Part shown: positions 11,605 to 23,900 of the stretch, one piece after another | How positions within the stretch are numbered: position 1 is the stretch's first letter | How the letters are laid out: each line of letters starts with the position of its first letter | NCBI GenBank assembly: GCA_025558095.1 | Contig: JAIVFI010000041.1 | Span: 62,001-126,000 of the forward strand | DNA: 64,000 nt | Direction: 5' to 3' | Origin: Hyaloraphidium curvatum SAG 235-1 | Taxonomy: Eukaryota > Fungi > Monoblepharomycota | The notes under the pieces: generated by a model | What the model was told of the DNA's origin: nothing | Seen by the model: the letters and a program-made list of their open reading frames with translations, nothing else | Database searches by the model: none | Position numbers and translations under genes: made by a program

Positions 11605-12405
11605 ATGGCTCTGTCGACCAGCACTCTGTGGCTGACCAACGGTACCCGTTCTCGGCGCGGCGCGAACTGGATGGGCCTCCTGACGTTGTTTCCCGACAAC
11701 AGGCATCATAGAGGGCGTGCTCCCCACCCTCGCGGCTCTCGGTCCGTCAAGACCTGCGGGACTACCGTTGTATGTTCCGACGCTGATTATCCCCAACAGG
11801 CGCCGTGCAGAAGGCCTCCAGCGAGGGCAAGGCGGGTGGTCCCTGGCGGGCGGAGCGACGCGGTAGACGCTGACGACGCCCGTCTCTCTGTCCCCCTTTC
11901 CGCGTCTCGCTCCGCCGAATCGGCCACTTCAGCCCGAGGCTGCTGACCCCAGCGTCCTGTTTGCGTTCTCGACGCTCGGCTTTTCGGCCATCCCGTCGCT
12001 CCTGTTCTGGCGCGACGGCCAGCTGTCTGGTCACCGCAGCGTGGGTTACAGCATCGCACGGCGGCAAGTAGCGATCTGCTCACCTCGTTTGCCTTTCGTT
12101 TTCGTCGTTGCTGCTCCTTTCGACCTCAGTACGGGTGAGTTTGCCCTCCCTCAACTTGCGATCAGGAGCAAGTCTGATCTTGACCTTTGCTCGCTTCTAG
12201 CATCGGTACCGGCGTTTACCACGCGCTCGCTGGCGCCAAGCTTCTCTGTACGTCCGTTGGAGACCCTGCGATAGCCTTCTGACCCTCCATGCTTCTAGAC
12301 GACCGCTTCACGCGCCCCACGACCTCCGAGTCGAACGCGCTGACCGTCATCGGCGCCGTTCACCTCTACATGGCATTTAACTTCTATAAGTACGTTCAGG
12401 GATAA
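11605..12405 (+). CDS. Small multi-exon membrane protein (hypothetical)
   Basis: Short hydrophobic exons between GT..AG introns (MALSTSTLWLTNG / IIEGVLPTLAAL / LFAFSTLGFSAIPSLLFW / IGTGVYHALAGAKLL / TVIGAVHLYMAFNFYKYVQG*); model assembled by eye. Confidence 0.45.
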
Positions 12406-12538
12406 ACGGGTGGCTTCAGGGCCGGGCAAGCCGTCGGGCGGTCGGTGACCACCTCCATTATGTTTGAACGTCGCAACACGCGAAGCTTCTCTTTTGTTCT
12501 TCCTTGGACCGTCCAGCGTCGGCTCAGAACAACCATCT

Positions 12539-14205
12539 TCATTTGCGCTTCTTGGTTCCCGCCGTGTCGGGCATCAGCTTCACCGCGTCCACCAGCTTTC
12601 GCATTTCCTCCTCAAAAAGCTCGACAATCCGCTCCGCCGAACCCTTCCTGAACCAGGGCGTGCTTTCGTCCTGCTCCATCATCACCCCGAAAGAGAAGTA
12701 GCCGCAATCTGCAAAGCTTGATCAGCGTTCCAAGCGTTGTTGGAAGCGAACCATGCCCACATGAAAGAACCGCGACGCCCAACTGGCCAGGCGCCGCATG
12801 CGCTATAGGATTGACTACCGAGATTCGCGAGATCGGAGCCCCTGCAAAGTAAAGTGGCGTCGCCGGGCCCGGGATGTTGCTTATGCCCCCGTGCGATTGG
12901 GCCACAATGGCCTCGGAAAGGCTGGCGAGGGTAGTCAATTTGAGTCTTCCTGCATCGGTGCAATGCTCCGACCAACCTCAAAGGCAATAGCCAAGGAGCC
13001 TTCAAAAACGTGTTCATGGCCCAGATGGCCATCTGCGCCGTGGTCCGCATCCGCTTCTGCCAGCTCATCCATCCGGTTATCTCCTTGGCCCGCTGGGTTG
13101 GCGTCAGCGCCTTGTTGCTATCCGGAGCGACTAGAGTGTAGTACAGAAGCTTGTTGGTAAGTGCATTGTCATTTGGCATGCGGAACGAAGCTGCCAAAGG
13201 ACGATAAGAAACCAGAGAAGCAGAGCACGAGACGGAACTAACTGGGTAGCGCCCAGTAGGTGTGCTTGTCCAGCAGACCGCCTCGTTCCTTCAAGAAGGT
13301 TTCAATTGCGGCCGTGGAAGCTGTCAGGATCACATCGTTTAGACTGGTGCCGAGGCTGTTCTTCAGGTCCTTGATCGTGTCCAGCTTGATCAGGCCTGCC
13401 TTGGTCGAGCATGCGTACTGCTTCGAACGGTTGAGGCTCCTGCTGTCGGTGAACCACAGAGATTTGCGTCGGCTGGAGACCTTGAACGGCACGACAAAGA
13501 CCGAGAACCAGATCGATATGAAGATCCCCGAAATGTAGGCCCACAGCATGCCCAGGAACTTCATGATCGAACCAACAGTGTCCACGGGGATGATCGATTG
13601 GCGTCGAATTCGGTACTGCTTTGCGGCGGATGCCTCGGAATCGGCGGCTTTGCCGCCAGGAGGAGAGCCGCTCATTGTGTTCCTGAGATGGCCCTCCCCG
13701 TCGCTCAGAGCGTGCTGGATCCGATCGAGGAAGGCACACGACCCGCCCTCCAAGCCGCGCAAGAAATAGCAGCGCCAGGGCGGGTAGTTCAGATCGAGCG
13801 GCTTCGACATGATCTCCGAGACCGTCTCCAAGAAGCACGCCCTCGTAGGTTCTTTCAGATCGATGACCTCGAAGTGATTGTCGATGTTGAAGTCCACGCC
13901 TTCGGCCGAGAAGAATGGGCGCCGCCAAAACGTAGAGTTGTCGCCGTCCGGGTACAGCCTCTTGAGCCCTGGCAGTCGTTTGGATGAACGATGGTCTCAA
14001 TTCAGACCACGTAGACATCCCTACATCGTCCGTAGTTGCGCGATGTGCGGAGGAACTCGCGGAGGCTGTCGGGATTCACGAGCTTGGCGTCGAAGGGTGG
14101 GTCGAAAAAGGATAGCCCGCCGCCCGCGATATAGTCGCGATTCGGGGAGCCGACGCCGCCGAACAGGATATCGTTGCCGGACAAGTACTCCCGCGATGGC
14201 TTCAT
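12539..14205 (-). CDS. Wax ester synthase/diacylglycerol acyltransferase (WS/DGAT), ~5 exons; in-frame upstream ATGs at 14355 and 14358
   Basis: YLSGNDILF N-terminus, KPLDLNYPPWRCYFL, IQHALSDGEG (HHxxxDG variant), SLNDVILTA, ISNIPGPATPLYFAG, GVAVLSYCG. Confidence 0.85.
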
Positions 14206-14215
14206 CTTGGGCAGG

Positions 14216-14323
14216 GGGGTCGCGCTGCACCCCGAGGACAGCACCACCGCGGAGGAGCTGCTGCGGTCGGCCGACCTCGCGCTGTATCGCGCCAAGTCCG
14301 AAGGGCGCGGCCGCTTCTTCGAG
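14216..14323 (+). pseudogene. Isolated fragment of a bacterial GGDEF (diguanylate cyclase) domain C-terminus
   Basis: GVALHPEDSTTAEELLRSADLALYRAKSEGRGRFF closely follows the GGDEF C-terminal pattern (SIGxAxxPxDG...LL..ADxALYxAK..GR); no GGDEF core upstream. Confidence 0.7.
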
Positions 14324-14397
14324 ACGGGGGTGATCGGGGTCCCTGCTTCGATCATCATCACCTCCGCCGTGACAAACGACATTTCGACATTTCACAG

Positions 14398-15575
14398 CTA
14401 CAAACGGCTCATCAGCTTCGTGGAGGGTGCCTGCAGAACCTTGCGCGGAGGAGGAGAGTAGTGCTGGGGGTCTTGAGGAGGACGATCAGACCTGTATCCC
14501 ATCAAGTCCTTCTCGGCCACGGAGGCGTCGATTTGGTAGACCGTGAGATCGGAAACACCTGAATGGGGACTAGTTAGGCTCACGTTGTAGCGCCTTCGCC
14601 CGCCTTGCACGCTTGGCGGCTGCTCTCTGCATTGAGCCCGAACCTCGGACTCGCGCCTGTGCTCCCACGCGGAGTCCGACGTCTTACCTTGTGACTTGAC
14701 GACCGCCGAGTCGAGGCAGAAGTTGCCGGTGTACCGCCGCTGGTCCTGGCTCAGGATGACGAATGCGGCGTCAGCCATAATCTCGACTTTCCGGCAGCGT
14801 CGCTCGTATCCGGGAACGTCTTTGGCGACTACGTTCTGCATCGCAGCGGTCACCACGGGAACTGGTTGCGGTCAGCCTTTGGAGATCCATCTAGACCAGA
14901 GAGCCTCACTTTCAGGCCAGAGCGAGTTGCAGCCGATCCCATAGTCGCGAAGCTCGCCGGCCAGTCCCAGAATCTGGAGCGACATGGTGCTCTTCGCCGT
15001 CCAATACATTGTGCGGCCCGCGAAAGCCCGTTCCGACATGTCGAGCAACGGGCCCATGTTCAGGATGGCGGGGTTGCGTCCTTTGCGTCCCGACTCAATG
15101 AGGTGCGGCACCGCGAACTTCGAGACCAGGAAGGTTCCTCTAAAGTTAATAGAAAGCATCAAGTCGAACTGCTTGATCGAGAGCTGCGTGATGGGCACAG
15201 GCGCTATAGCGGACGCATTGTTGATGAGCACATCGATGCCACCGAGTCCTTCGACGGCTTTGGCGATCGCATTCGCCACCTGGTCCTCGAATCGAATATC
15301 GCATGCAATAGGAAGTACTCTGCATTAACTTCTGGATTAGCAAGAAGACGATGCGGGAAGGTCAGATCTCACTTGACCCCAAATCTCGTCCGAATCTCTT
15401 CCGCGGCGCTGAAGATGGTTCCCGGCAGCTTGGGGTGCGCATCCGTTGTCTTGGCCGCGATTGCGACGTTGGCTCCCTCCTGAGCGAGCCTGAGCGCACA
15501 CGCAAGGCCGATTCCTCGAGATGCTCCCGTGATGAAGATGTTCTTGCCTTTGAAACTTAAATCCGGGGTCGCCAT
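14398..15575 (-). CDS. HSDL2: HSDL2-like short-chain dehydrogenase, probably peroxisomal (multi-exon)
   Basis: IFITGASRGIG, AAKTTDAHPKLPGTIFSAAEEI, LINNASAI, YWTAK, NSLWP, MADAAFVIL..YTGNFCLD; ends in SRL (PTS1). Confidence 0.85.
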
Positions 15576-15912
15576 GTGCGAGATGCGGGCTTGAGCACTC
15601 AGGGTGGCCAAAGCGCTGGTTTTGCAGGAGCGGCCGGATTGGATGTTCCACCGGGGCCTGCTGGGAGACGTGTTTCGCGACTGGGAGACGAGAGATCAGA
15701 GCGTTTGCCGCGATCGCGACGCCCGCCCGCGATGACAACAACGCGCCGGTTTCGCTTCCACTTCTCTCAAAGACAATACACGAAAAGCGTGCCCTGCCCC
15801 CGAAAAACTCCCTTCTCCCCGCGTTCCTTCTCCCCGCGTTCTCTACACGGCGAGCCTCCAACCTCGTCATTCAGCGGGCAATTACTTGGGAGAAAGAGTC
15901 ATCTTCCCACCG

Positions 15913-16538
15913 ATGTACAAGATTCCGCCAAAGTCGGGGCGCAAAGGCGCTCCGGGACACGTCGCCGCGTCTTCCCTCTCGCGGCTGCCGTTCTCAGAGC
16001 AGCTGTTCGTGGGATGGTGGCTGCTGCACATCCCGATCACGCTCTTCGTGGACCTACAGGGGCTGCTCGCTCCCTACTACCCCGGAGCACTCCGTGGCCT
16101 CGGGCTCTGGTGGGAAGAATACTCGGGGGATCCTTTCATGACCGCGGGAGCGCGTGGAGGGGTACCCTGGTTCCGGAGCTTCTTGCTTGCCGAAGCTCTT
16201 TTCCAACTTCCCTTGTTCTTTCTCTTCATACGAGAGGCGTTCAGACGTGAGGCTTCCTGGCAACGATCGACCTGACTTCAACTCATGTTCCTTCTCTCCC
16301 AGCTTCTCCTGCTATCCAAATGGCCGGGTTGATCTATGCCGGTCATGTTTGCACAACCGTCTATACCATATTCATTGAGCTCTTCGACAGCGGAAACCCG
16401 TACACGAAGGAGCTATCCTCTTTCCAGCTCAATGTGCTGCTTGCTGCCTACACGCCATACTTTGTCGTGCCGGTGCTCTGGGCGTGGAGATGCTGGGCGC
16501 GCCTCGCGGGAGCGATCGGGAGAGCCAAGGCACAGTAG
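15913..16538 (+). CDS. TMEM97: EXPERA-domain membrane protein (TMEM97/sigma-2 receptor-like), 1 intron
   Basis: LLHIPITLFVDLQ, DPFM, PWFRSFLLAEALFQLP, LIYAGHVCTT, YTPYFVVP. Confidence 0.8.
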
Positions 16539-16568
16539 CATTGGGGAGGGATGTATTGCTCTACTAAT

Positions 16569-18646
16569 CTACGCCGGGGAAAACATCGCCTTGGCTCCCG
16601 GGCGGATCTTTGCGTCCCTGCGAACAATCTCGGGCAGCCTGAACTGCCACGTAAGGTCCAGCCATTCGCCGAGGACCTCGCGCGTGTCGGCGGGATCGAT
16701 CATCTCCTCGACGCCGAACGACTCGGCAAGGCGCACGGGGTTTTGGAGCGCCTTGATCTTCGTCTCGATCTGCGGCACCAAGGATTAGCCTTCTCGCTTC
16801 TGGCCAGCGACTGTAAGCCAACACGTACCCGCTTCCTCAGCGCGTCCCGCGGCGCGCCGGCCGGAACTGCCTCGAGCTCGGCCTTGAACGAGGCGTCGAT
16901 TCCGCCCTCGGCGGGAACGCCTCCGGCCTCGATGGAAGGCCATGCGACCCTGACGTCTGCTCCGCTTTCGCCCTCGCGTTCTTGGTTGCCTTCGCCGCGG
17001 GTGGCGAGGATGGCGCCCGCCATGCCGTAGCACTTGCGAACTGTGACCGGAAGTTAGATCCCCGATGTCATTCCCAGCGTCTGACCCACCGAGAACCGTG
17101 AACACGGGGGAACGGATGTCATAGAGGATCATGCCCAGCCGCGTTGCTGCTCGCAATGTGCCGGCCTTTTCCGACTGCGTTCCCACGGCAAAGCCGGGGC
17201 TAACGGGTTTCGTCAGCAAAGCTCAATCGAATCACAAGGCTACACCCACCAGTCAACGAATGAAATGCACGGCAAATGGACTGCCGCAATGCAGAGTCAG
17301 AACCATCCGACGCCAAAGGCAAGGTCGGCTCACATGTGGCGGCGATCCCCAGGAACCGCGATATCTTGCTGCACCCCTGGTAACCCAGCGCGCCGGCGTT
17401 GTGCCGCGGGTCGGAAGCCAGGATGGCAACGGGCTTGCCATTGATGCGTCCCAGGAAGCAGCCGTGTTCCTTGCCCCACATTGGCCCATACTCGAATAGC
17501 GTGCCCCTATCCACGATGTCCTCGAGGTAGTCGCGCGGGTTGTACGGCTTGCTGCGGTCCCTGGGGATCACGGCTCGGATGCGCTCCGGATCCTCGGGAC
17601 CGAGGCCGGGCTCCGTCACGGGGGGCATGGTCCAGCGGTTCGAGGGCAGGTACGACAGGAAGCGCTTGACCAGCGCGATCGACTCGAGCTCCGTGGCGCC
17701 CACGTTGTCGACGCCGCCGACGCTGGCCTGCAGCCAAGCACCGCCCAGCTGGGCCTTGGTCACGTTCTCGTGCGTGGCCTGGACGACGATCTGCGGAGAA
17801 AGGGTCAAGCAAACAGGCCGATCGCGGTCAATCCGGCAAGCATACCGGCGGCCCGGACACGAAAAGCTGCCCGACGTCCGCCGCCATGACGCTGAAGTGG
17901 GCGTTCGACATGCGGATCGCCCCGCCTCCGACGCTCGGCCCCAGAGCAATAGAGCACACGGGCACCTCATCGAGCATCTTATACGAATGAAGCAGGCCGT
18001 ACCGAGTCATGGCCGGGACCGCCATCGGGTGCTCGGCCATGGCGACCGCCGAACCGCCCCCAGAGGCGCCGTCGACCATCCTGACCATCGGTATCCGGTA
18101 CTCGCGCGACATCTGCTCCGCGAACTGGGTCTTCCGGTGAACTGCGCCGTCCGCATGTCCGCCCCGGATCGAAAAGTCGTCGGCGGAGACGACGACAGGC
18201 CTGTTGTCGACTAAGGCCCTCCCAACCACGTTGTTTGCGCGCATGAACGAGGCGATCTTGCCCGTCTCGGGCGAGTAGGTCACTTTGGGCGCCGCTGTGG
18301 AGCCGAACTCGCGCCACGACCCAGGATCGATGAGCGCCTCGATCCTCTCGCGCACCGTGAGCTTGCCAGCAGCGCGCTGGCGGATCACCCCGCGCTCATC
18401 CTCGCCGATGTAGCTGCGGCCGATCGTGAGGCATGTTCCGAGCAACGAGAGTCTTGTTGCTTACCGGACGAGGCGCCTCCGGTGCTCCAGGTCTGCCAGC
18501 TCCGGCGCATACGGGTTTTTGGGGGACGGGGGAGGCAGGTCGATTGCGAGCGGCACGGGCTCCTGGGGCTTCTTGCCCAGGTGGGAGCGGACGAGATCGA
18601 CGCGGTCCTTTGCTTCCGCCGCGGAGCGGTCCTTGGCTTCCGCCAT
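16569..18646 (-). CDS. Acyl-CoA carboxylase carboxyltransferase subunit (PCCB/MCCB-like), multi-exon
   Basis: RQRAAGKLTVRERIEALIDPGSWREFG, DDFSIRGG, QLFVSGPP, LGGAWLQ, IPRDRSKPYNPR, GRINGKPVAILASDP, EMIDPADTR. Confidence 0.85.
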
Positions 18647-18723
18647 TGGGAGACACCGGAAGAGGTTATGGTGTTCGCGAATTGACCCGTCTCAGAGGGT
18701 CCCTCGCCACCACGCCGTTGAGG

Positions 18724-19292
18724 ATGCCCCCGAAAAGGACCTTCCGGCGCGTGTTCGCCACCGTGGGAACCACCAAATTCGACGGCCTCGTCTCCGCTGT
18801 CGTTTCTTCCCCCGTGCTCTCCGCCCTGCGCGACCTCGGCGCGTCGGAGCTCGTCGTGCAGCACGGCAGCAGCCTGTGGTCGCCGCCCCCCGAGGACGCC
18901 GCCGGGCCGCGGGTCTCGGCCTACGCGTACAAGAGCGACATCGGGGCGGACATGGTCGCGGCGGATTTGGTCATCAGCCACGCCGGTGGGCGGTTCTGGG
19001 CACCCGAGGCGCCCGCCAAAGATGCTGACCGCGCGTCCCAGGCGCCGGATCCATCACCGAGGCCCTCCGCGCCGGCAAATCCCTCGTGGTCGTGGTCAAC
19101 GACCAGCTGATGGACAACCACCAGGCCGAGCTTGCCGAAGCTCTGGCGGAGCGGGGGATGCTGGTCTGGACGCTGCCATCGCGCCTGGAGCGGACGCTCA
19201 GGGAGGCCGACCTCGGCGGGCTGGTGCCGTTCGGCGCGGCGGACACGGCGCCGTTCATCGCGCTGCTGGACGAGGTCGTGTTCGGGGAGTGA
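18724..19292 (+). CDS. ALG13: UDP-GlcNAc transferase subunit ALG13 (1 intron, ~18986-19041)
   Basis: VFATVGTTKFDGL, LVVQHG, ADLVISHAG|AGSITEAL, VVVVNDQLMDNHQAELAEAL. Confidence 0.93.
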
Positions 19293-19348
19293 TGGCCAGC
19301 GGTATCGATTCTCGCTCCAGACACAGGTATCGCGTGTACGCCCGTGGA

Positions 19349-20815
19349 TCAGTGGGGGGTGAGGGCCAGGATGGCCTGTCCCATTGCGATCAGCGCCGAC
19401 AGCCCGAGGCCGACGCCGAGCGCGATCACGATGATGCTCTTGCGGCCGAGGAGGGCGATGGCGCGCCGGGTTCCCCAGTAGGCCGCGATCGCGGAGAGCA
19501 CCATGAAACTGCGGGGCCGGCGATCAGCAACCGGCATGACGACTCGAGCAGCCGCGAAGTTCGCGCGACCCACGTTGAGAGAAAGAGGACCGATCCCCAC
19601 GCGAGCTTGCCGCGGACGGCGTACTGCACCGTGCTCGCCCCGCTCGTCAGCAGCACGAGCATGCTCGAGAGCGCGGTCGTCTTTAGCGGATCGGGATGCG
19701 GGCCGCCCAGCTCGAGCAGCAGCGGCCCGAAGAAGATGCCGCCGCCGACGCCCAGCGCGCTGGCGCCGATGCCGGCGCCGAGGCTGGCCAGGATGGTGAT
19801 CCAGCACCGCCTGCTGGTCCACAGCGGCTCGCTGCGCTCGCGCTCGCGGCGGAGCACGACAAAGAGCACGGCGGCGGTGATGCACATCGATGTCGGGAGG
19901 GGTATCAGGCTGACGAGCCGCGAGGCGGCCGAGCCGGGGGTGATGAAGGATTTGGCGATGCTCGAGGCGAGCACCGAAGCGAATGTCACGAACAGGGCGA
20001 ATAAGTAGGGGCCGTCGTAGGCCAGAGGGTCCCGGATATCGAAAAGCTCCGCCTCTCCGTCCTCCTGCTGCTCTTCCTCCGTCGGTGCACCAGGGGCAGC
20101 GCCTGCGGGGTCCTTGGATCCCGCGCCGCCTTCCGGTGCCCCGTTCATCGACGGGCGGTTCGACTCGTCCAACAAAGTCTGGTCGTCGTCCAGCAGGAAG
20201 GCCTCCAGGGCCAGCGAGTCCCGCTGCGTCGGGTCGGAGCCCGGGACCGGCTTCCAGGCCCGCGCGGTCTCGCCGTGCCACATGTCGACGGCCTTTGCCA
20301 GCGTCCGCCAGGTGGAAAAGGCCAGTACGGCCGACAGCAGGATGAGGAGGAGCCAGGGGGGCGAGACGACGTTGAAGTAGACCCCTGTGGTCCGCTCGCC
20401 CAGTCAGGTTCCGCGGGGCGGAGTCCCGGTCGCGGCTCCACCCACCGATCACCGTGCCGGCCAGACAGGCGGGCTGCATCAGCGCGGCGGCCTCGAAGTC
20501 GACGAGGTGCCAGTTTGAGTAGAGCAGCACCGAGTTGGAGGCGAAGATGAGCGCGGAGCTCAAGGGGACGGCGTCGTGCGCGGTGCGGGTCATTGCCAGG
20601 ATCAGGACGAAGAAGCCGCCGCCGCCGATGCCGCCGACGACGCTGAGGGCGTTTGCGAGCACCAGCAGCACGACGGTGAGCGCGGCGGCGGCGGGGGACG
20701 GGCCGCCCGGGTCAGCTGGAGCCGCGCCGCCATCGCCTTGCAGCGCGGAGGCGAGCGCCGATGCGGTTGCGGCGAGCAGCGCCGAGGTCGTCGGCGTCGC
20801 CCACGTCGCCGCCAT
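19349..20815 (-). CDS. TauE/SafE (TSUP) family membrane transporter, multi-exon
   Basis: Twin motifs GGIGGGGFFV and ALGVGGGIFFGPLLLELG; AVPLSSALIF; PACLAGTVIG; multiple TM segments. Confidence 0.85.
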   Translation of the reverse strand: MAATWATPTTSALLAATASALASALQGDGGAAPADPGGPSPAAAALTVVLLVLANALSVVGGIGGGGFFVLILAMTRTAHDAVPLSSALIFASNSVLLYSNWHLVDFEAAALMQPACLAGTVIGGWSRDRDSAPRNLTGRADHRGLLQRRLAPLAPPHPAVGRTGLFHLADAGKGRRHVARRDRAGLEAGPGLRPDAAGLAGPGGLPAGRRPDFVGRVEPPVDERGTGRRRGIQGPRRRCPWCTDGGRAAGGRRGGAFRYPGPSGLRRPLLIRPVRDIRFGARLEHRQILHHPRLGRLAARQPDTPPDIDVHHRRRALCRAPPRARAQRAAVDQQAVLDHHPGQPRRRHRRQRAGRRRRHLLRAAAARAGRPASRSAKDDRALEHARAADERGEHGAVRRPRQARVGIGPLSLNVGRANFAAARVVMPVADRRPRSFMVLSAIAAYWGTRRAIALLGRKSIIVIALGVGLGLSALIAMGQAILALTPH

Positions 20816-20985
20816 CGGCCGCCGGAGTCAGGCCATCGGGGTGTTGCGTGTGCTGCGGAGGGACGCTGATGGTGACTCGCGCGGGCGCCCCTCCTCGCGT
20901 CCTCGGCCAACCCACACGCGGGCCCGAGTGCGGCAGCCACACGCGTCGCAGCCGTGCTTGGGCGCGACGCGGGTCGCGGTCGGCG

Positions 20986-23900
20986 ATGGCGTTCGTCCGC
21001 TGCCGGCGGGTCGCGGGGCGCGCCTTCTCTCGCGTCGTCCGCTGGGGGCTCCCGCTCGCCCTGCTGGTCGCCGTCCTGGCAAACGGCGCCGGTTTTCGGT
21101 CCTCGGCACGCGTCACAGCTCCCATCGCGCCGCCCTCCCGCATGGACGCCGAGGACGCGCCCACCGCGATCCCGCCCGCGCTCCCGCCGCCCCCCCGTCG
21201 CTCGCGGCCCCAGGCGCGGTGGCGGGACGCGGAGCCCGCGGACGGCGGGAGCGTCGAGCAGAAGCCCGCGTCGGAACAGCGTGCCGTTCCGCGGGATGCC
21301 GCGGCGGACGACGCGCCTCCCGCCCCACGGACACGAAAGGCGGCGCGGCAGAAGCCCGCACCCGACGCGCCCGCGCCGAAAAAGGACGCGCAGTGGACCG
21401 TCCGGACAAAGCCCGGGACCTGGAGGGACGTGGACCCCATGATCGGCACCGGCGCGCAGGGGAACGTCTGGGTCGGCGCGGGCTCGCCGCACGGCATGGT
21501 CAAGCTGGCCGTGGACTCGCGCCAGTCCCGCCCGGGCTACTCGGCCTGGAAGCCCATAACGGGCGCCAGCTTCGTGCACGTGTCGGGCACGGGCGGGCCC
21601 GAGTCGTACCAGGTGCCGACAGTCTTCCCGATGATCACCTCGGGCGCCGCGGCCAGGCCGGGCAACGCCACCGGGCCCCCGTGGTTCGCCGAGCTCCGCG
21701 AGCGGCACGCGGGCATCTTCAAGCCGACGTACCGCCCGCCGCCGCCGGCCCCGGGTTTCGCCCTCCCCAACGCTCCGCCGGAGTCGGCCAACAAGCCTCC
21801 TCCGGACGAGGGCATGGCCTGCTGCACAAAGATCTCGCTGTGGAGCGGCCGGCGCGACGAGGTGACCTCCGTGGGCTACTATGCCGCGACGCTGGAGGAG
21901 AACGACGTGCACGTGGAGCTGGCCGCGAGCGGCAAGGTCGGGATCCAGCGGTGGACCTACGTCGGCGGAGGCCCGCGCGCCGAAAAGTGGCTCACGGCCG
22001 TCATCGACGTGTCCAAGCACGCCTCCGATCCGAACAATTTTGTCAACGGCACGCTGCGGCTGGTGGCAAGGATGGACGACCGTGGCCGCAAGGTGCTGCG
22101 GTTCTCGGGCGGCGGGACCTACGTCGACGGCTGGAGCCAGGGGCTCGGGACGGCGGGCGCCCCGCACGGGCAGTACGACGTATTTTTCTGCGGCGAGACG
22201 GACGCTTTCCCGGCCTCGGTCGGGTTCTGGGACGGCAGGGTGATCGTGACGGACCACTCGAGGGCAAAGAGTGAGGTGCCCCGGGATGCCAGGGGCGGCG
22301 AGGAGGTGCTCATGCGCATGGCGCGCAAGCGCACTGATTTCGGGCTGCTCCTTTCCTTTCCCGTATCGGCGCTGCCGGAACGGCAGCCCATGGAGCCCGC
22401 CTCGGTCCGAGCCGGCCCCTCGTTGGAGCTGCGGATGGGGCTTTCGGGCAAGTCCGAGGCCGTCGCGTGCCGGAACTTTGACGAATCGCCGTTCCGCGAT
22501 CCCAGGTCCCGCGATGGGACCTTGGAAGCCGCGGTGGCCTCGACGAGGGCCGAGTGGGACGAGGTGCTGTTGTCGATCGAGGTGGACGACAAGGCGCCGG
22601 CGCCGCTGCGGACGCAGTTCTACTCGGCGCTGTACCGCGCGTTCCTGATGCCGACCAACTACACCGGTGACGAGCCGGCGCGCTGGGGCGTGCCCGCTGG
22701 CGACGTCCTGGATTACTTCACCGACTTTTACACCCTCTGGGACATCTTCCGGACCCAGCTGCCCTTGATCACCCTCCTGAGGCCGGCAACGGGCAGCGCC
22801 CTCGTGCGCACGCTGATCAGCATCTGGCAGGCCGAGGGCTACATGCCGGATTCGCGAGGTGCTCCGATCGTCGCCGTCTCCAGCTGCCGCTGAACCGTTT
22901 GTCCCGCCCCAGTCGGTGCCTGGAACGGCATCACCCAGCTCGGGTCCAACGGCGACTGCGTGCTGGCGGACGCCATCGCCAAGGGGCTCGACCTGACCCC
23001 AGGCGAACTCAAGCTGGCGCTCGAGGCCGCCAAGAAGGACGCCGAGGTCGAGCCGAACAACTGGTTCCTCATGGGGAGGGGGCAGCTGAAGGAATGGAAG
23101 GAGCTGGGCTACATTCCCGCGGCGAACATGGCCCCGTGGGTGGCTCCTCGCCCCGCTCATTTGTCGGAACCTCACGGACCCGGTTATCGGCAGGCACCTG
23201 GCGCGATCTGCCGCGCGCACCCTCGAGTACTCGTACAACGACTTTTGCGTCGCAAAGATCGCCGAGGCTGCCGGGCGGAAGGAGGACGCGGCAAAGTACC
23301 TCAAGCGCTCGAGGAACTGGCGCAATCTGTGGTGGGTGCCACGTGCAAGATGGAGTGACCCCGACAAACGCCGATGCTTTAGGAATTCGGAGATCACGAG
23401 CCACGGGAGCACGGGGTTCGTCATGGCAAAGACTGCCGACGGGAACTGGGCGCCCGGCAAGTGGACCGACCCGACCTACTGCGCTCCAGGTGAGGCGAGA
23501 CGGATAACAATGCCGACATGCCGTTGAACGACATTCGGCGCAGGCACCAAACTGTACGACACGTGCTACCTGTGGAGGTCCCCGTTCTACGAGTCTTCGA
23601 GCTGGACGTACAGCTTCTACGCACCGCACGACATGGGCAAGCTCGTGGAGCTTGCGGGCGGTCGCGAGGCTTTTGTCAAGAGGCTTGACACCTTCTTCTT
23701 TGGCAACGAGACCAAGCTCTACGACCCTTCCAACGAACCTTCTTTCCTCATTCCGTTCGGCTACATCTACGCCGGCAGGTTCGTTATCCTCCCGCTGCCG
23801 TTTGTGGAGTGTGATCGCCAATTTGCGTGCAACAGACCGGACAAGACAGTGGACATCGTCCGCACGATCGTTCGGGATCACTTCAGGGCGACCCCGGACG

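Noticed and set aside
20602-23460. 952-aa minus-strand ORF and similar long ORFs (61323-63611, 61747-63891, 4333-5583)
   Set aside because: Antisense or off-frame shadows of GC-rich genes; Arg/Ala/Pro-rich with no motifs
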